A stretch of 64,000 bases of DNA from Candidatus Poribacteria bacterium (lineage in GTDB: Bacteria; Poribacteria; WGA-4E; WGA-3G), in the NCBI GenBank assembly GCA_965215265.1, contig OZ244048.1:1183121-1247120 (forward strand). The letters run 5' to 3'. The position numbers and the translations under genes were made by a program. The notes beneath the pieces were generated by a model, which was given only the letters and a program-made list of their open reading frames with translations, did not search any database and was not told where the DNA came from. Positions 20,126-30,345 of this stretch are shown one piece after another. How positions within the stretch are numbered: the stretch's first letter is position 1; each line of letters starts with the position of its first letter.

Positions 20126-20824
20126 ATGCAAGCCATTATTCTCTGCGGGGGTCTTGCTACCCGATTAGGGGAGACGACGAAATATATCCCCAAGATTTTG
20201 CTCGACATCGCCGGAAAAACGGTGTTGGAGTGGCAGATTCGCCTGCTGCAAGAGGCGAATGTTGAGGAGATTGTCCTTGCCTCGGGGCACCTGCACGATG
20301 TCCTCTATGAATACGTTGGGGACTGCTATACGGGGACGTGCATTTGCTATGCCAAAGAGGAGAAAAGACTTGGCACTGGGGGCGCGATTGCTAACGCGAT
20401 GCAACAAATTCGCACTTCTCCATTTTTTGTTCTGAACGGCGACATCCTCCTTGCGAATTTCTCACTCCGAGAGATGTTAGAGCGCTTTCATCGGAAAATG
20501 GCAGGACTACTACTGAGCGTGCAAGTTGATGATATTCGGCCTTATGGCGAGATTGCATTCGATAGCACGGGTAAAATCACCGCGTTTCGTGAGAAGCAGC
20601 CTAACCACCAAGCCGGTTACATCAACAGTGGCATATACCTTTTTAGTCAAACCATCGCAGACGCGTTTCCTAAAGATCAAGAGAATTTCTCCATAGAACG
20701 TGACGTTTTTCCCTATCTCTCCAATCTCTATACGTTGAAAACTGCTGCAGATTGGATAGATATCGGTGTTCCAGAGCGGCTGGCGTACGCCCGAGAACAT
20801 TTCGGCGCGAAAACCGTCCCGTGA
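20126..20824 (+). CDS. Sugar-phosphate nucleotidyltransferase (NDP-sugar pyrophosphorylase family)
   Basis: N-terminal ILCGGLATRLG...KILLDIAGK (the G-x-G-T-R-L signature of this family). Confidence 0.75.
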   Translation: MQAIILCGGLATRLGETTKYIPKILLDIAGKTVLEWQIRLLQEANVEEIVLASGHLHDVLYEYVGDCYTGTCICYAKEEKRLGTGGAIANAMQQIRTSPFFVLNGDILLANFSLREMLERFHRKMAGLLLSVQVDDIRPYGEIAFDSTGKITAFREKQPNHQAGYINSGIYLFSQTIADAFPKDQENFSIERDVFPYLSNLYTLKTAADWIDIGVPERLAYAREHFGAKTVP

Positions 20825-20946
20825 ACCCCCTGAGAACTATAGCGAACAGATGCTCAGGCCCACCTAGTGAAAAAATCGTCTTGACATTAAAACGACAATC
20901 ATGTTATTATATTTTCTGAAAGAGACTATAGGAATCATAACAAAAT

Positions 20947-23370
20947 ATGCGATTTACCTATTTTTGGCCCGGATGGGCAATTGCTCTCGGCATCGCTATC
21001 GCGATTGGCGTAACTGTGTTTATCTATCTGCGGCTCAACCATCCAGTGCAGCCGACTCACCGATTTTTACTGATCGCCCTGCGGAGCACAGCCGTCACTC
21101 TGTTGCTCGGTTGTCTGTTGGCGCCCGTGGTCATCGAAAAAAAAGACATCACACCTCCAACACATCTCTCTGTCTTAGTGGATACCTCACAAAGTATGAA
21201 ACTTGTCGATGGAGGTACCACGTCACGACTCAGTCAAGTAAATCACCTCTTGTTTGGTGAGATGAACACGTTTCTACAAGCCCTGAGCAAAAGGTTTAAG
21301 GTTCATGTCTACCCTTTTGACACCGAACTGCATCAACCTTTAACGGGTACGGAGCCGTTTGCACTAAATCCGACGGGCGCGTTGACAGATATTGGAACGG
21401 CTGTCCGTCAAGCTGCCGCCGAATGGAAAGGACAACAACATGCAGGAATAGTCCTGATCACGGATGGCGTACAGAATGCGAACCCATTGTCGCTGGAGTC
21501 CGTAGATGCATTGCAAACGCCTATCTACCCAATCGGTGTCGGAGCCGTCGAACCTCCCAAGGATATCCAGATTCAGCGGATTGAAGTTTCACCTATGGCT
21601 TACACCGGACATGAACATGCCATCCGGGTGACAGTCGTGCAAACCGGCTACACCGGACAGACAACTCGCTTATCCCTACGGTCCGAAAATGGCGAGATGG
21701 ACACAAAATCCATCACTCCAGAGAATTCCGAACGAAAAACAGTTAATAGCAATACCCTCGTTGATGCCGTAACATTAACACTCGCGGGCGAACCGCCGGC
21801 ACCTGATGAGATGAGGACAAGCACAAAACAGGTGATTGAACTGAAGTTGACACCCGAAATAGCTGGATGTTTTCAATATACCGTCACGCTGCCGGCGTTT
21901 GATGGCGAACTCACTGCTGAAAATAATCAAAAAACGTTCGCTCTAAAAGTGGTTAAAGCAACACTGAACGTTTTCTATTTAGAAGGGACACCGAGGTGGG
22001 AGCATACGTTTCTCAAGCGTGCCTTAATGCGGGACCCTGACATTGAGCTCACCACTGCCCTTTTCTCGAAGAAACCGCCTGCCGACTCAGCGCTTAAACG
22101 TTTAGACGGGTATTACCCAGGGAGCTCACGATTTCCTGATACCCGCGAAGAACTCTTCAAGTATGATGCATTAATCTTAGGTGACATCGGAGCAGAACAT
22201 CTAACTGCCGCGCAACAAGGGTTCATTGTCGATTTTGTTGAAGCTGCCGGAAAAGCGATTTTCTTTTTACCCTCGCGAACAGCACTCGGTAGGGACGGAC
22301 TCATAAACACGGCACTCGCGCGCCTCTTGCCGATTGAGATTCCCGTCACGGGATGTCGTGTGTGGGACAAAGAGTTTCGCGTGCAATTGACGCGCGCTGG
22401 CGCGTTCCACCCGATGCTACAACTCGGAAACACACCTGACCGGAACGTGGCACTATGGCACGGTTTGCCTGCACTCTCGCGCCTTTTTCGCCAATTCAGA
22501 CTTAGAAGCGGTGCAACTGTACTTCTGGAGAAAGGCATAAGCCGGGTCTCTCCATATAGCCCTTCAAGCCATCCGCTAAGGGCAGATGGCGCACGCCAAG
22601 AGTTTAACGTGGGGAGGACACCCAATAGGGATGCGGTGCTAATTTTTCAGCGGGCGGGGCTGGGTAAAAGCCTCCTCATTGCAGCAGAAGGCTTATGGAA
22701 TTGGGATTTTGGTGAAACAGACCTCCGCATCTATCCACAGTTCTGGGCACAAGCAATCCGGTGGATGGCAACCACCACCCCAACAGATGCACAGCGGCTA
22801 TACCTCACCACGGATGCTTCCACGTACGCAATTGGAGATACGGTTTCCGTTACCGCACAGGTTTATTCGGAAACAGGCTCCAATCTCGGTACAGCGCAAA
22901 ATGCGCTTCAAGCAGGTACAACGGTTCAAATAGAGGTAGTACCGCCAGAAGGTGCACCGTTCCCACTACGGGTTGGACACGCCACAACGGATGCGACAAC
23001 CGCAGACAACCGTTATACCGCACAATTTGAGGCACAACACAAGGGGACATACCGTATCCGTGCCACAAGCACAGCGAGCCATAGTGTGTCTACCGGCGAT
23101 GAAACCGCCATCTACGTTCAGCCGCAGCTGGTGGAATTGGAGGCACCACAACGGAACGACTCGCTGCTCAATCAGTTAGCCGCTCAAACCGGAGGCTCCT
23201 ACGTTGCTATCGCGGAGGCCGATCAGCTCCCCGAAAAGATTGTAGATGTCCAAGTGCCGGTTTTCGTTAATGAAGCGCGTGACATCTGGGCGCATCCACT
23301 CCTGCTTATCGGCATTGTTGCCATGCTGGGGACGGAATGGTTTTTACGCAAACGCATCGGGTTGACTTAG
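20947..23370 (+). CDS. vWA-domain membrane protein with two N-terminal TM helices (BatA-like)
   Basis: Two N-terminal TM helices. MIDAS-like LVDTSQSM (DxSxS). 807 aa. Confidence 0.55.
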   Translation: MRFTYFWPGWAIALGIAIAIGVTVFIYLRLNHPVQPTHRFLLIALRSTAVTLLLGCLLAPVVIEKKDITPPTHLSVLVDTSQSMKLVDGGTTSRLSQVNHLLFGEMNTFLQALSKRFKVHVYPFDTELHQPLTGTEPFALNPTGALTDIGTAVRQAAAEWKGQQHAGIVLITDGVQNANPLSLESVDALQTPIYPIGVGAVEPPKDIQIQRIEVSPMAYTGHEHAIRVTVVQTGYTGQTTRLSLRSENGEMDTKSITPENSERKTVNSNTLVDAVTLTLAGEPPAPDEMRTSTKQVIELKLTPEIAGCFQYTVTLPAFDGELTAENNQKTFALKVVKATLNVFYLEGTPRWEHTFLKRALMRDPDIELTTALFSKKPPADSALKRLDGYYPGSSRFPDTREELFKYDALILGDIGAEHLTAAQQGFIVDFVEAAGKAIFFLPSRTALGRDGLINTALARLLPIEIPVTGCRVWDKEFRVQLTRAGAFHPMLQLGNTPDRNVALWHGLPALSRLFRQFRLRSGATVLLEKGISRVSPYSPSSHPLRADGARQEFNVGRTPNRDAVLIFQRAGLGKSLLIAAEGLWNWDFGETDLRIYPQFWAQAIRWMATTTPTDAQRLYLTTDASTYAIGDTVSVTAQVYSETGSNLGTAQNALQAGTTVQIEVVPPEGAPFPLRVGHATTDATTADNRYTAQFEAQHKGTYRIRATSTASHSVSTGDETAIYVQPQLVELEAPQRNDSLLNQLAAQTGGSYVAIAEADQLPEKIVDVQVPVFVNEARDIWAHPLLLIGIVAMLGTEWFLRKRIGLT

Positions 23371-23397
23371 CGGAGGATTTTTGTATCTTTAAGCCCT

Positions 23398-23777
23398 ATA
23401 CTGCTCTATGTTTTGTTAATTACCGTGAAAATCTCGTCTGAGCCTTTCTAGGTTATGTATCTATACATCAAAGGATTTGGGTGGACGGGCGGCGAGTGGC
23501 AGGATAGGTAAGTTTACGAAACGAAGTTGAGGGTGGCGGGGTAGAGGGTAGCAAAGTGGCGAGATAGGTAGTTTACGCGTGTCCTTCAGGATACGCTTAC
23601 TACCTATTCTGCCAACACACGAGTTATTATTACATAACCTTTGATGGTACGGAGATTCTTTCGTCTACAGGAGCCCAATAAAGGCTGCCCAGTGGGTGTC
23701 AGGTAAAAGGTTATCTTCTCTCATGGACAGAGAAAGATACCTATCCTGCCAACACATGACTCATCAAAACACAGACG
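23398..23777. repeat. Cluster of mosaic palindromic intergenic repeats
   Basis: ggcaggataggta...tacctat(t/c)ctgccaacaca palindromes, a cccagtggg motif, two tandem ...tgatggtacggagat modules and gtgaaaatctcgtctgagc. Copies occur at 24588-24760, 28437-28611, 31478-31618, 32395-32470, 55740-56090 and 58618-58720. Confidence 0.7.
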
Positions 23778-24533
23778 TTGATGGTACGGAGATATACGAA
23801 AATGCGTAAGAGATATAGATACCTAACGGATCTTATCCGTGACAGAGATAGAAAAATAAAATCCTTGAAAACGGGGCTTTTCACCGGGTGCCTTCTAGTT
23901 CTCCTCTTTCCGCTTCAACAGCAAGGTATTTCTCTCGGAGAGCAATTTACCATCGCACAGGTCCAATATGGAGGCGGTGGGGATTGGTATGGGGATGCGA
24001 CGGTTATTCCTAATTGGCTTCAGCTTCTTCGCGCACGCACAGACATTGAAACGGCTGAAGACCGGGTGATTCTTAACTTAACAGATCACACACTTTATCA
24101 ATACCCGATGCTCTACTTGGTCGGGCACGGGAATATCCTTTTCACAGAGAGCGAAGTTGAGGTACTGCGTGACTACCTGACACATGGCGGCTTCCTTTTT
24201 GTTAACGATGACTACGGCTTAGACGCGAGTTTTCGCCGCGAAATGCTGCGTGTGTTTCCAGAACAGCCACTGCAACCGATACCGAACAGCCATGAACTTT
24301 ATAGTTGTTTTTATGAATTGCCGGGGCTCCCAAAAATTCATGAACACGATTCGGAACCGGCACAAGGGTTTGGGCTCTTCCATGAAGGACGGATGATAGT
24401 TTACTACGCTTACAGTTCAGACATCGGAGACGGACTTGAAGACGCAGATGTGCATCCAGGGGATACACCTGTTGTTCGCGAACTCGCCGCAAAGATGGCA
24501 GTGAATATCGCCGTCTATGTGCTAACTCATTAA
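23778..24533 (+). CDS. DUF4159-domain protein
   Basis: YGGGGDWYGD...YPMLYLVGHGN...GGFLFVNDDYG resembles DUF4159. The true start is probably ATG at 23802, preceded by GGAG. Confidence 0.55.
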   Translation: MMVRRYTKMRKRYRYLTDLIRDRDRKIKSLKTGLFTGCLLVLLFPLQQQGISLGEQFTIAQVQYGGGGDWYGDATVIPNWLQLLRARTDIETAEDRVILNLTDHTLYQYPMLYLVGHGNILFTESEVEVLRDYLTHGGFLFVNDDYGLDASFRREMLRVFPEQPLQPIPNSHELYSCFYELPGLPKIHEHDSEPAQGFGLFHEGRMIVYYAYSSDIGDGLEDADVHPGDTPVVRELAAKMAVNIAVYVLTH

Positions 24534-24760
24534 ATAAATCTAAACCTAAGGAATCTCCGATCTATAGATGGCAGTTAAAAGGGAAGGACAGAAAAAGAAC
24601 CTATCCTGCCACGAGATTTGTAAAGATTTTAGAAAAACATAAGGCTTGATGTGCTACACTATAGAAAAAAAGGCTCTGACGAGATTTCTAAGGGGCTTAT
24701 CAAAGCAGCAGCCTTTAACGGGCTGAAATATACAAGAAAACGGAGATATACAAAAAAAAC

Positions 24761-27700
24761 ATGCAAACGCAAAATGTCAATCGAGCCTACGAGACTATTA
24801 TTGCCACGCTTCGCGCCACCCGGAAAAAGTGGCGATGGCTGATTTTTACCGAAGGCGTGCTGCTCAGCATTAGTATCCTTTCACTCGTCATGATGGTTGC
24901 CCTCCTAGGGTTTCAGATGCCGCTACCCCGTTGGATACGTCCGACGATTGTACTGTGTGCCATCGGTGTCGGCATCTATACACTGACCCGGACCCTTCTT
25001 CTACCACTGTTCCGCAAACTGACAGATGCCCAGGTGGCAGTGCGTCTCGAGCACGATAACGCAAGAAAAAACCGGATGCTGAGTGCTGTACAGCTGAAAG
25101 ACACATTAACGAACAACCGGTTCGGGTACGCAACCGATTTTATCGAACAGTTGATCGTTAAGGCCGAGGGCGATATCCAGCATATCCAACTGAAACAAGT
25201 ATTTCAGCGCGAGTTTCAAAAGATCAAGCGGAATGCGGGGCTTGCCGTTGCAGCCTTGTCACTTTCCATCCTGGCGGTATTTTGGTTACCGGCTGCTTTC
25301 ACGAATCTCGTTCAAACCTTCCAAGGTTTGCCACAGACACCGCAGGAGATGCTGAACGTCCAAATTGACGATATTCAGCCTGGCAACGTCGAGATTGAGC
25401 GCGGAACAGATGTAGAGATTACCGCAAACGTGCGCGGGCACCTCGGTGCACCGGTCGCTCTTTACTATCAGGTTGGAGAACTGGATGAAAAGGTTAGCAC
25501 AACGGAATGGCAAGTACTCAGCATGCATCAAAGACCGGCAGAAATACTGTATCAAGGAATGATCAAAAACGTCAACCGGCCTCTACAATACTTTATTCAG
25601 GTAAAGGATGCCGCCTCGGAAACGTACCAGATTACCGTGCATCATGAGCCGATAGTCAAACAGTTCCAACTGCAACTCAATGCCCCGGCTTATACAAAAC
25701 TTCCGCCACAAACGTTAGCAGCGAACATAGGTGATATCCAGACGCTCTTTGGGACAGAAGTCGTATTCACCGGTACAAGCAATCAAACGCTTGCTGAAGC
25801 TTATATAGATTTTGACGAGAGTCCAGACGTTTCTTTACAAGTGACAAATACAGATGATAGAGGGGCAACGCTGCGTGGAACTTTCCTCTCACAACGAAGC
25901 GAAAACTATCACATCCGTTTACTCGCACAGGATGGCAGCACTACAAATCGCGCACCGATCCAGTGGACAGTTCAAGTTCTCAAAGATCGCGCACCGACCG
26001 TGGACATCGTTGAACCCTCGCGAGACACCGTTCTGGATGATACAATGTTAGTACCCCTAAAAGTTGAGGCTGATGATGACTATGGGATCCAGAAGTTACA
26101 ACTCGTTTATCGCGTTGAAAAAGAAGGACAAGAATCGGTAAAGCTGCCCTTAAAGATTTGGAACCCTACGCAGCACGCTGTCTTTCTAACGTACACGTGG
26201 GATGTAGAACCGGTAGGGCTATTTCCGGGTGAAACGCTCGCTTATTACGTCCAAGCCTTTGACTCCGATAACGTCTCCGGGCCCAATATCGGTACATCGC
26301 AAACGTATACGCTTCGTTTCCCCTCTCTATCTGAATTATACGACACGATTGCAGAGGAACAGCAGTTAGAACAACAAGGATTTGAATCCTTGTTTGATGA
26401 GCAAGAGAGCGCGACCGGGTTAGTAGATACGCTCTTAAATAAAATCCGTAAAAGCCACGAACTTACCTTCAAGGATGAAAATCTGATGCAACAGGTCATG
26501 GACACCCAGAAACGGATAGAGGAAAGAGCGACACAACTTCTTGAAGAAATGAAGCAGACAGCGGCAGAGATGGAAAATAACGAACTCTTTGATCAGAAAA
26601 CGCTCCAGAAATACCAAGAACTGCAGGCGTTGATGGAGGAGGCACTCTCTGAAGAACACAAAGAACTTTTGCGAAAGTTATCAGAGGCGTTGGCAAAACA
26701 GGAGTTCACCGCGCAGGAAAAGGCTCTGATGGAGGCGAATCTCAATCAAGAGCAGTTTTTGCAGCAGCTGGAACGGGCCAAATCGCTCTATGAGCAACTC
26801 CTCCTTCAACAAGAACTTGAAGCGGCCGTCAAACAGGCAGAAGCCCTGGCTGAACAGCAGAAGCAGTTGATGACGACGTTAGAGGAGATAGAGATAATGC
26901 GTCTCAATGAAGAAGGTGTCGCTACTCTCGACAAAGATTTCGGACAGACTGATGAAGGCCTACGTGAAGGTAATGATGAGAAAAACACGCCAGCGGAACA
27001 TGCCGACACGGGTAATGCTGACAAAAGCACGTCGTCGGAGACAGCCAACGACTTAGCGCAAAAAGAGGACAGAATCGGGGCGGAAGTGGAACATCTCCAA
27101 GAAAAATTGGAGAAACTCGGCACAGATATGCACAAACTCGCCGAAAACCAAGAGAATCCGCCACCACAAATCGAGAAACTCGCAGACGAAATGATACGAC
27201 TCAACCAGTTTGCATCAGAGCACAAACTCGCCGAAACGCTCCAAACTACCAGTGAGCGCCTGCGTCAAGCGCAAACCCAACAAGCGCTTGAGTCCGGACG
27301 GGAGGCGGAACAGACGTTGTCAGAACTCGCACAAGGTTTAGATAACGCTTTGGAATTCATGGAAGGGGCGAACGCTGATGAGACACAAACCGCCATGCGT
27401 CAAGCTGTTTCAAGCGCACTGCAACTCTCACACTTACATGAGAAGGTTATCAATCAGACCGATGCGCTGCTTGCTGTGGGCGATTCCGCTTATATTCCCA
27501 GTGAAATCCAGCGTATGCAACAACTTGCCGCCGACGAACTCAGTACGGCGGCCGGTGTATCGCAGCTCGCGACGCAGCTCTGGGAGCTCGGCATGCGGCA
27601 GATGGAGGTACCGCCGGAAATTGTATGGCAGCTTAACGCTTCAAACGACGCACTCTCTCGCGCAGCACGTGCCCTTGAAGACCGGCAACCGCAACTCGCT

Positions 27701-28354
27701 TTGCCTATCCAACGCACCGCTCTTGCCGAACTCAATCAGGCTATCTTTCAACTGCTCAATGCGATGGGACAAATGAACCAGCAGATGGGGGCAAGCGGAT
27801 TAGAAAACATGCTCGAGCAGCTGCAACAACTCGCCCAAAATCAAGAGCAGCTGAACCAGATGACACAACAACTGAACCAACAAATGCGGCAGCAGGGACA
27901 GACCCCAGGGCTACAAGAACTTCTCAGACAACTTGCTGGACAACAGCAACTTCTCCGTGAGGCAACGGAACGCCTCGCTGAAATGGCAGAGAAAATGGCG
28001 GAAATGCTGGGGAGCCTTGAACAGGTCGCAGACGAGATGACAGAGGTTGAGCAACGTCTCCAGCAAGGCACACTTGACGAACCCGTCATCGAAAAACAGC
28101 AACAGATTCTAACACGGATGCTTGATAGCTTAAAGTCACTACAAAAACGCGATGTCGGAAAGCGACGCAAAGCGGAGGTTGCTAAAGACCCGGCCGCCAG
28201 CGCGCAGGAAGTGCCGCCACTGCACCCCCAGCTGCTTGAAATCGTCCGAAAATTAGAAAACGCCCCTAGTGCAGCCGAAGTGGAAAGTCTGCCTTTTCAA
28301 TATCGGGAACAACTCCGGCTGTACTTCAGGGCACTCTCACGGAAAACACAGTGA
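24761..28354 (+). CDS. Large membrane-anchored coiled-coil protein (1197 aa)
   Basis: N-terminal TM helices, beta-rich middle region, C-terminal ~600 aa of Q/E/L-rich coiled coil. Confidence 0.55.
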   Translation: MQTQNVNRAYETIIATLRATRKKWRWLIFTEGVLLSISILSLVMMVALLGFQMPLPRWIRPTIVLCAIGVGIYTLTRTLLLPLFRKLTDAQVAVRLEHDNARKNRMLSAVQLKDTLTNNRFGYATDFIEQLIVKAEGDIQHIQLKQVFQREFQKIKRNAGLAVAALSLSILAVFWLPAAFTNLVQTFQGLPQTPQEMLNVQIDDIQPGNVEIERGTDVEITANVRGHLGAPVALYYQVGELDEKVSTTEWQVLSMHQRPAEILYQGMIKNVNRPLQYFIQVKDAASETYQITVHHEPIVKQFQLQLNAPAYTKLPPQTLAANIGDIQTLFGTEVVFTGTSNQTLAEAYIDFDESPDVSLQVTNTDDRGATLRGTFLSQRSENYHIRLLAQDGSTTNRAPIQWTVQVLKDRAPTVDIVEPSRDTVLDDTMLVPLKVEADDDYGIQKLQLVYRVEKEGQESVKLPLKIWNPTQHAVFLTYTWDVEPVGLFPGETLAYYVQAFDSDNVSGPNIGTSQTYTLRFPSLSELYDTIAEEQQLEQQGFESLFDEQESATGLVDTLLNKIRKSHELTFKDENLMQQVMDTQKRIEERATQLLEEMKQTAAEMENNELFDQKTLQKYQELQALMEEALSEEHKELLRKLSEALAKQEFTAQEKALMEANLNQEQFLQQLERAKSLYEQLLLQQELEAAVKQAEALAEQQKQLMTTLEEIEIMRLNEEGVATLDKDFGQTDEGLREGNDEKNTPAEHADTGNADKSTSSETANDLAQKEDRIGAEVEHLQEKLEKLGTDMHKLAENQENPPPQIEKLADEMIRLNQFASEHKLAETLQTTSERLRQAQTQQALESGREAEQTLSELAQGLDNALEFMEGANADETQTAMRQAVSSALQLSHLHEKVINQTDALLAVGDSAYIPSEIQRMQQLAADELSTAAGVSQLATQLWELGMRQMEVPPEIVWQLNASNDALSRAARALEDRQPQLALPIQRTALAELNQAIFQLLNAMGQMNQQMGASGLENMLEQLQQLAQNQEQLNQMTQQLNQQMRQQGQTPGLQELLRQLAGQQQLLREATERLAEMAEKMAEMLGSLEQVADEMTEVEQRLQQGTLDEPVIEKQQQILTRMLDSLKSLQKRDVGKRRKAEVAKDPAASAQEVPPLHPQLLEIVRKLENAPSAAEVESLPFQYREQLRLYFRALSRKTQ

Positions 28355-28611
28355 TGTCATAAACTCATTCTGGCAATAGTGTCTCTGGTGAAATGGGCAC
28401 GGGTACTTTCACACTCATTTGCCTGAACGCTTTTTTGTATATCTCAGCCCCATCAAGGGTTATGTATTGTTAAATCCGATCTAAGTCTCGTCGAAGATGA
28501 CTTAGGTATAGTCTTTAAAGTCAAAACACCAGACGGCTCAGACGAGATTTTCACAGATTTTTACAAAACATAGAGCGTCATTGGGCTCCTGTAGACGAAA
28601 AGAGGTAAAAG

Positions 28612-30279
28612 ATGCGTCTCAATTACATATTATATTTATCTGCGTGTTTCATTCTTTGCATTGCAATTCCGACGAACGCCTTCACCGAATCGGAGATAGA
28701 CACCGTCATTCAGAAAATGTCTATTGAGGAAAAAGTTGGGCAGCTGCTGATGGTAGGCTTTGGTGGTAAAAAAGTGAGTGCCGTTGTCAAAGCACATATC
28801 ACCAAACGTTTCGCTGGCGGAATCATCCTCTACGGTAGAAACATTGAAACGCCGGAGCAAGTAGCAAAACTCACAAGGGGCATCCAACAAATCGCTCAGC
28901 AAACCCCGAGTCGCATCCCGCTGTTTATCGCTACAGACCAGGAGGGGGGCATCGTCACGCGACTGAAAAAGGGCGCGACTGTGCTACCCGGAAACATGGC
29001 ATTAGGTGCAACCCGTAATGAGATGTTGGCAGAACAGGCTGGGGAATTGACTGGAGTTGAATTGGCAGCCGTTGGAATTAACCTCAATTTTGCACCTGTC
29101 ATGGATGTTAATAACAACCCGCGCAACCCGGTCATTTCGGTGCGTTCCTACGGTGAATCTCCCCACCTTGTTTCTCAACTCGGCACCGCTTACATCCGCG
29201 GTTTGCAGCGTCAAAACGTACTTGCTGTTGCTAAACATTTCCCAGGACACGGCGATACCCACGTGGATTCCCACAAAAAACTGCCGACTGTCAGACATGA
29301 TACAGAACGATTTTCCGCAGTGGAACTTGTCCCTTTTCGCGCAGCAATTGACGCGCGAGTCAATGCCATCATGTCCGCCCATATCCTCTATCCAGCATTG
29401 GATGAAGATGTGCCGGCGACACTGTCACATCGCATTCTCACCGGAGTCCTACGCGAGCAGCTCGGATTTGAAGGGCTCATCATCACCGATGATCTTGAGA
29501 TGAAAGCGATTGATACCCACTATCAGACAGAGCGAGCAGCTGTCATGGCGATTCAAGCTGGGGCTGACATTATTCTCGTCCCGTGGACGCTCAAAAAACA
29601 ACAGCAGGCTTACAACGCGCTTCGGAAAGCAGTGCAACGAGGTGACATTCCCATCGCCCGTCTTGACAAATCGGTACGGCGTATCTTAGCGGCGAAGAGT
29701 GCGCTTAGGCAAACGGTTCGGAACCTTGAAGATGTCGGCAGTTCAAAACATCGCGATATTGCCCAAACCATCGCTGCACGTGCAATAACCCTAGTCAAAA
29801 ACCACGGACGCGCTCTCCCGTTAAAAACAGAAACTTCGCAGGTGCCCACCCTCCTGATTAGTCCTTCGCGTCTGTTTGCAAATACATTCCGCAAGGCACA
29901 CACGGATATTTCCCATATCACATCCGTGCCGATTCCGAAACAATTTAACGCCGAATCACTGTTACGCCTATTGATTCAGGAATCACAAGGTACGTCCGTT
30001 ATTGTCGCCGGAATTGCATCCGGGCAGCAAGCCGAACTGATTCACCAGCTCAGCCAACGTACATCGATACCCATCGTCGTTATCTCATTCGCATCGCCTT
30101 ATCTGCTCGCAAAATGCCCCGACGTTGCTGCTGCAATCGCTGCTTACGATGAAAATTACGTTTCTATGCTCGCAGCAGTGGAAGTGTTATTAGGGAAAAA
30201 ACAAGCAACGGGGACACTGCCCGTTACAATTCCGACTACGGATGCAGCCGGTGCAAGTAAAAAAACATTACCTAAGTAA
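28612..30279 (+). CDS. Glycoside hydrolase family 3 (beta-N-acetylhexosaminidase/beta-glucosidase, NagZ-like), secreted
   Basis: Signal peptide plus GH3 N-terminal motifs (KVGQLLMVGF, ATDQEGG, HFPGHGDTHVDSH). Confidence 0.85.
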   Translation: MRLNYILYLSACFILCIAIPTNAFTESEIDTVIQKMSIEEKVGQLLMVGFGGKKVSAVVKAHITKRFAGGIILYGRNIETPEQVAKLTRGIQQIAQQTPSRIPLFIATDQEGGIVTRLKKGATVLPGNMALGATRNEMLAEQAGELTGVELAAVGINLNFAPVMDVNNNPRNPVISVRSYGESPHLVSQLGTAYIRGLQRQNVLAVAKHFPGHGDTHVDSHKKLPTVRHDTERFSAVELVPFRAAIDARVNAIMSAHILYPALDEDVPATLSHRILTGVLREQLGFEGLIITDDLEMKAIDTHYQTERAAVMAIQAGADIILVPWTLKKQQQAYNALRKAVQRGDIPIARLDKSVRRILAAKSALRQTVRNLEDVGSSKHRDIAQTIAARAITLVKNHGRALPLKTETSQVPTLLISPSRLFANTFRKAHTDISHITSVPIPKQFNAESLLRLLIQESQGTSVIVAGIASGQQAELIHQLSQRTSIPIVVISFASPYLLAKCPDVAAAIAAYDENYVSMLAAVEVLLGKKQATGTLPVTIPTTDAAGASKKTLPK

Positions 30280-30345
30280 TCTCTGACGAGAGCTACATCG
30301 GATTTACACACAACATAACCGTTTAGGGTTAAGAATTCACCCCGC

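Noticed and set aside
26806-28170. Several 80-140-aa Cys/Ser-rich minus-strand ORFs
   Set aside because: They are antisense frames of the Q/E-rich coiled-coil region of the 1197-aa gene, and their low-complexity composition indicates artefacts.
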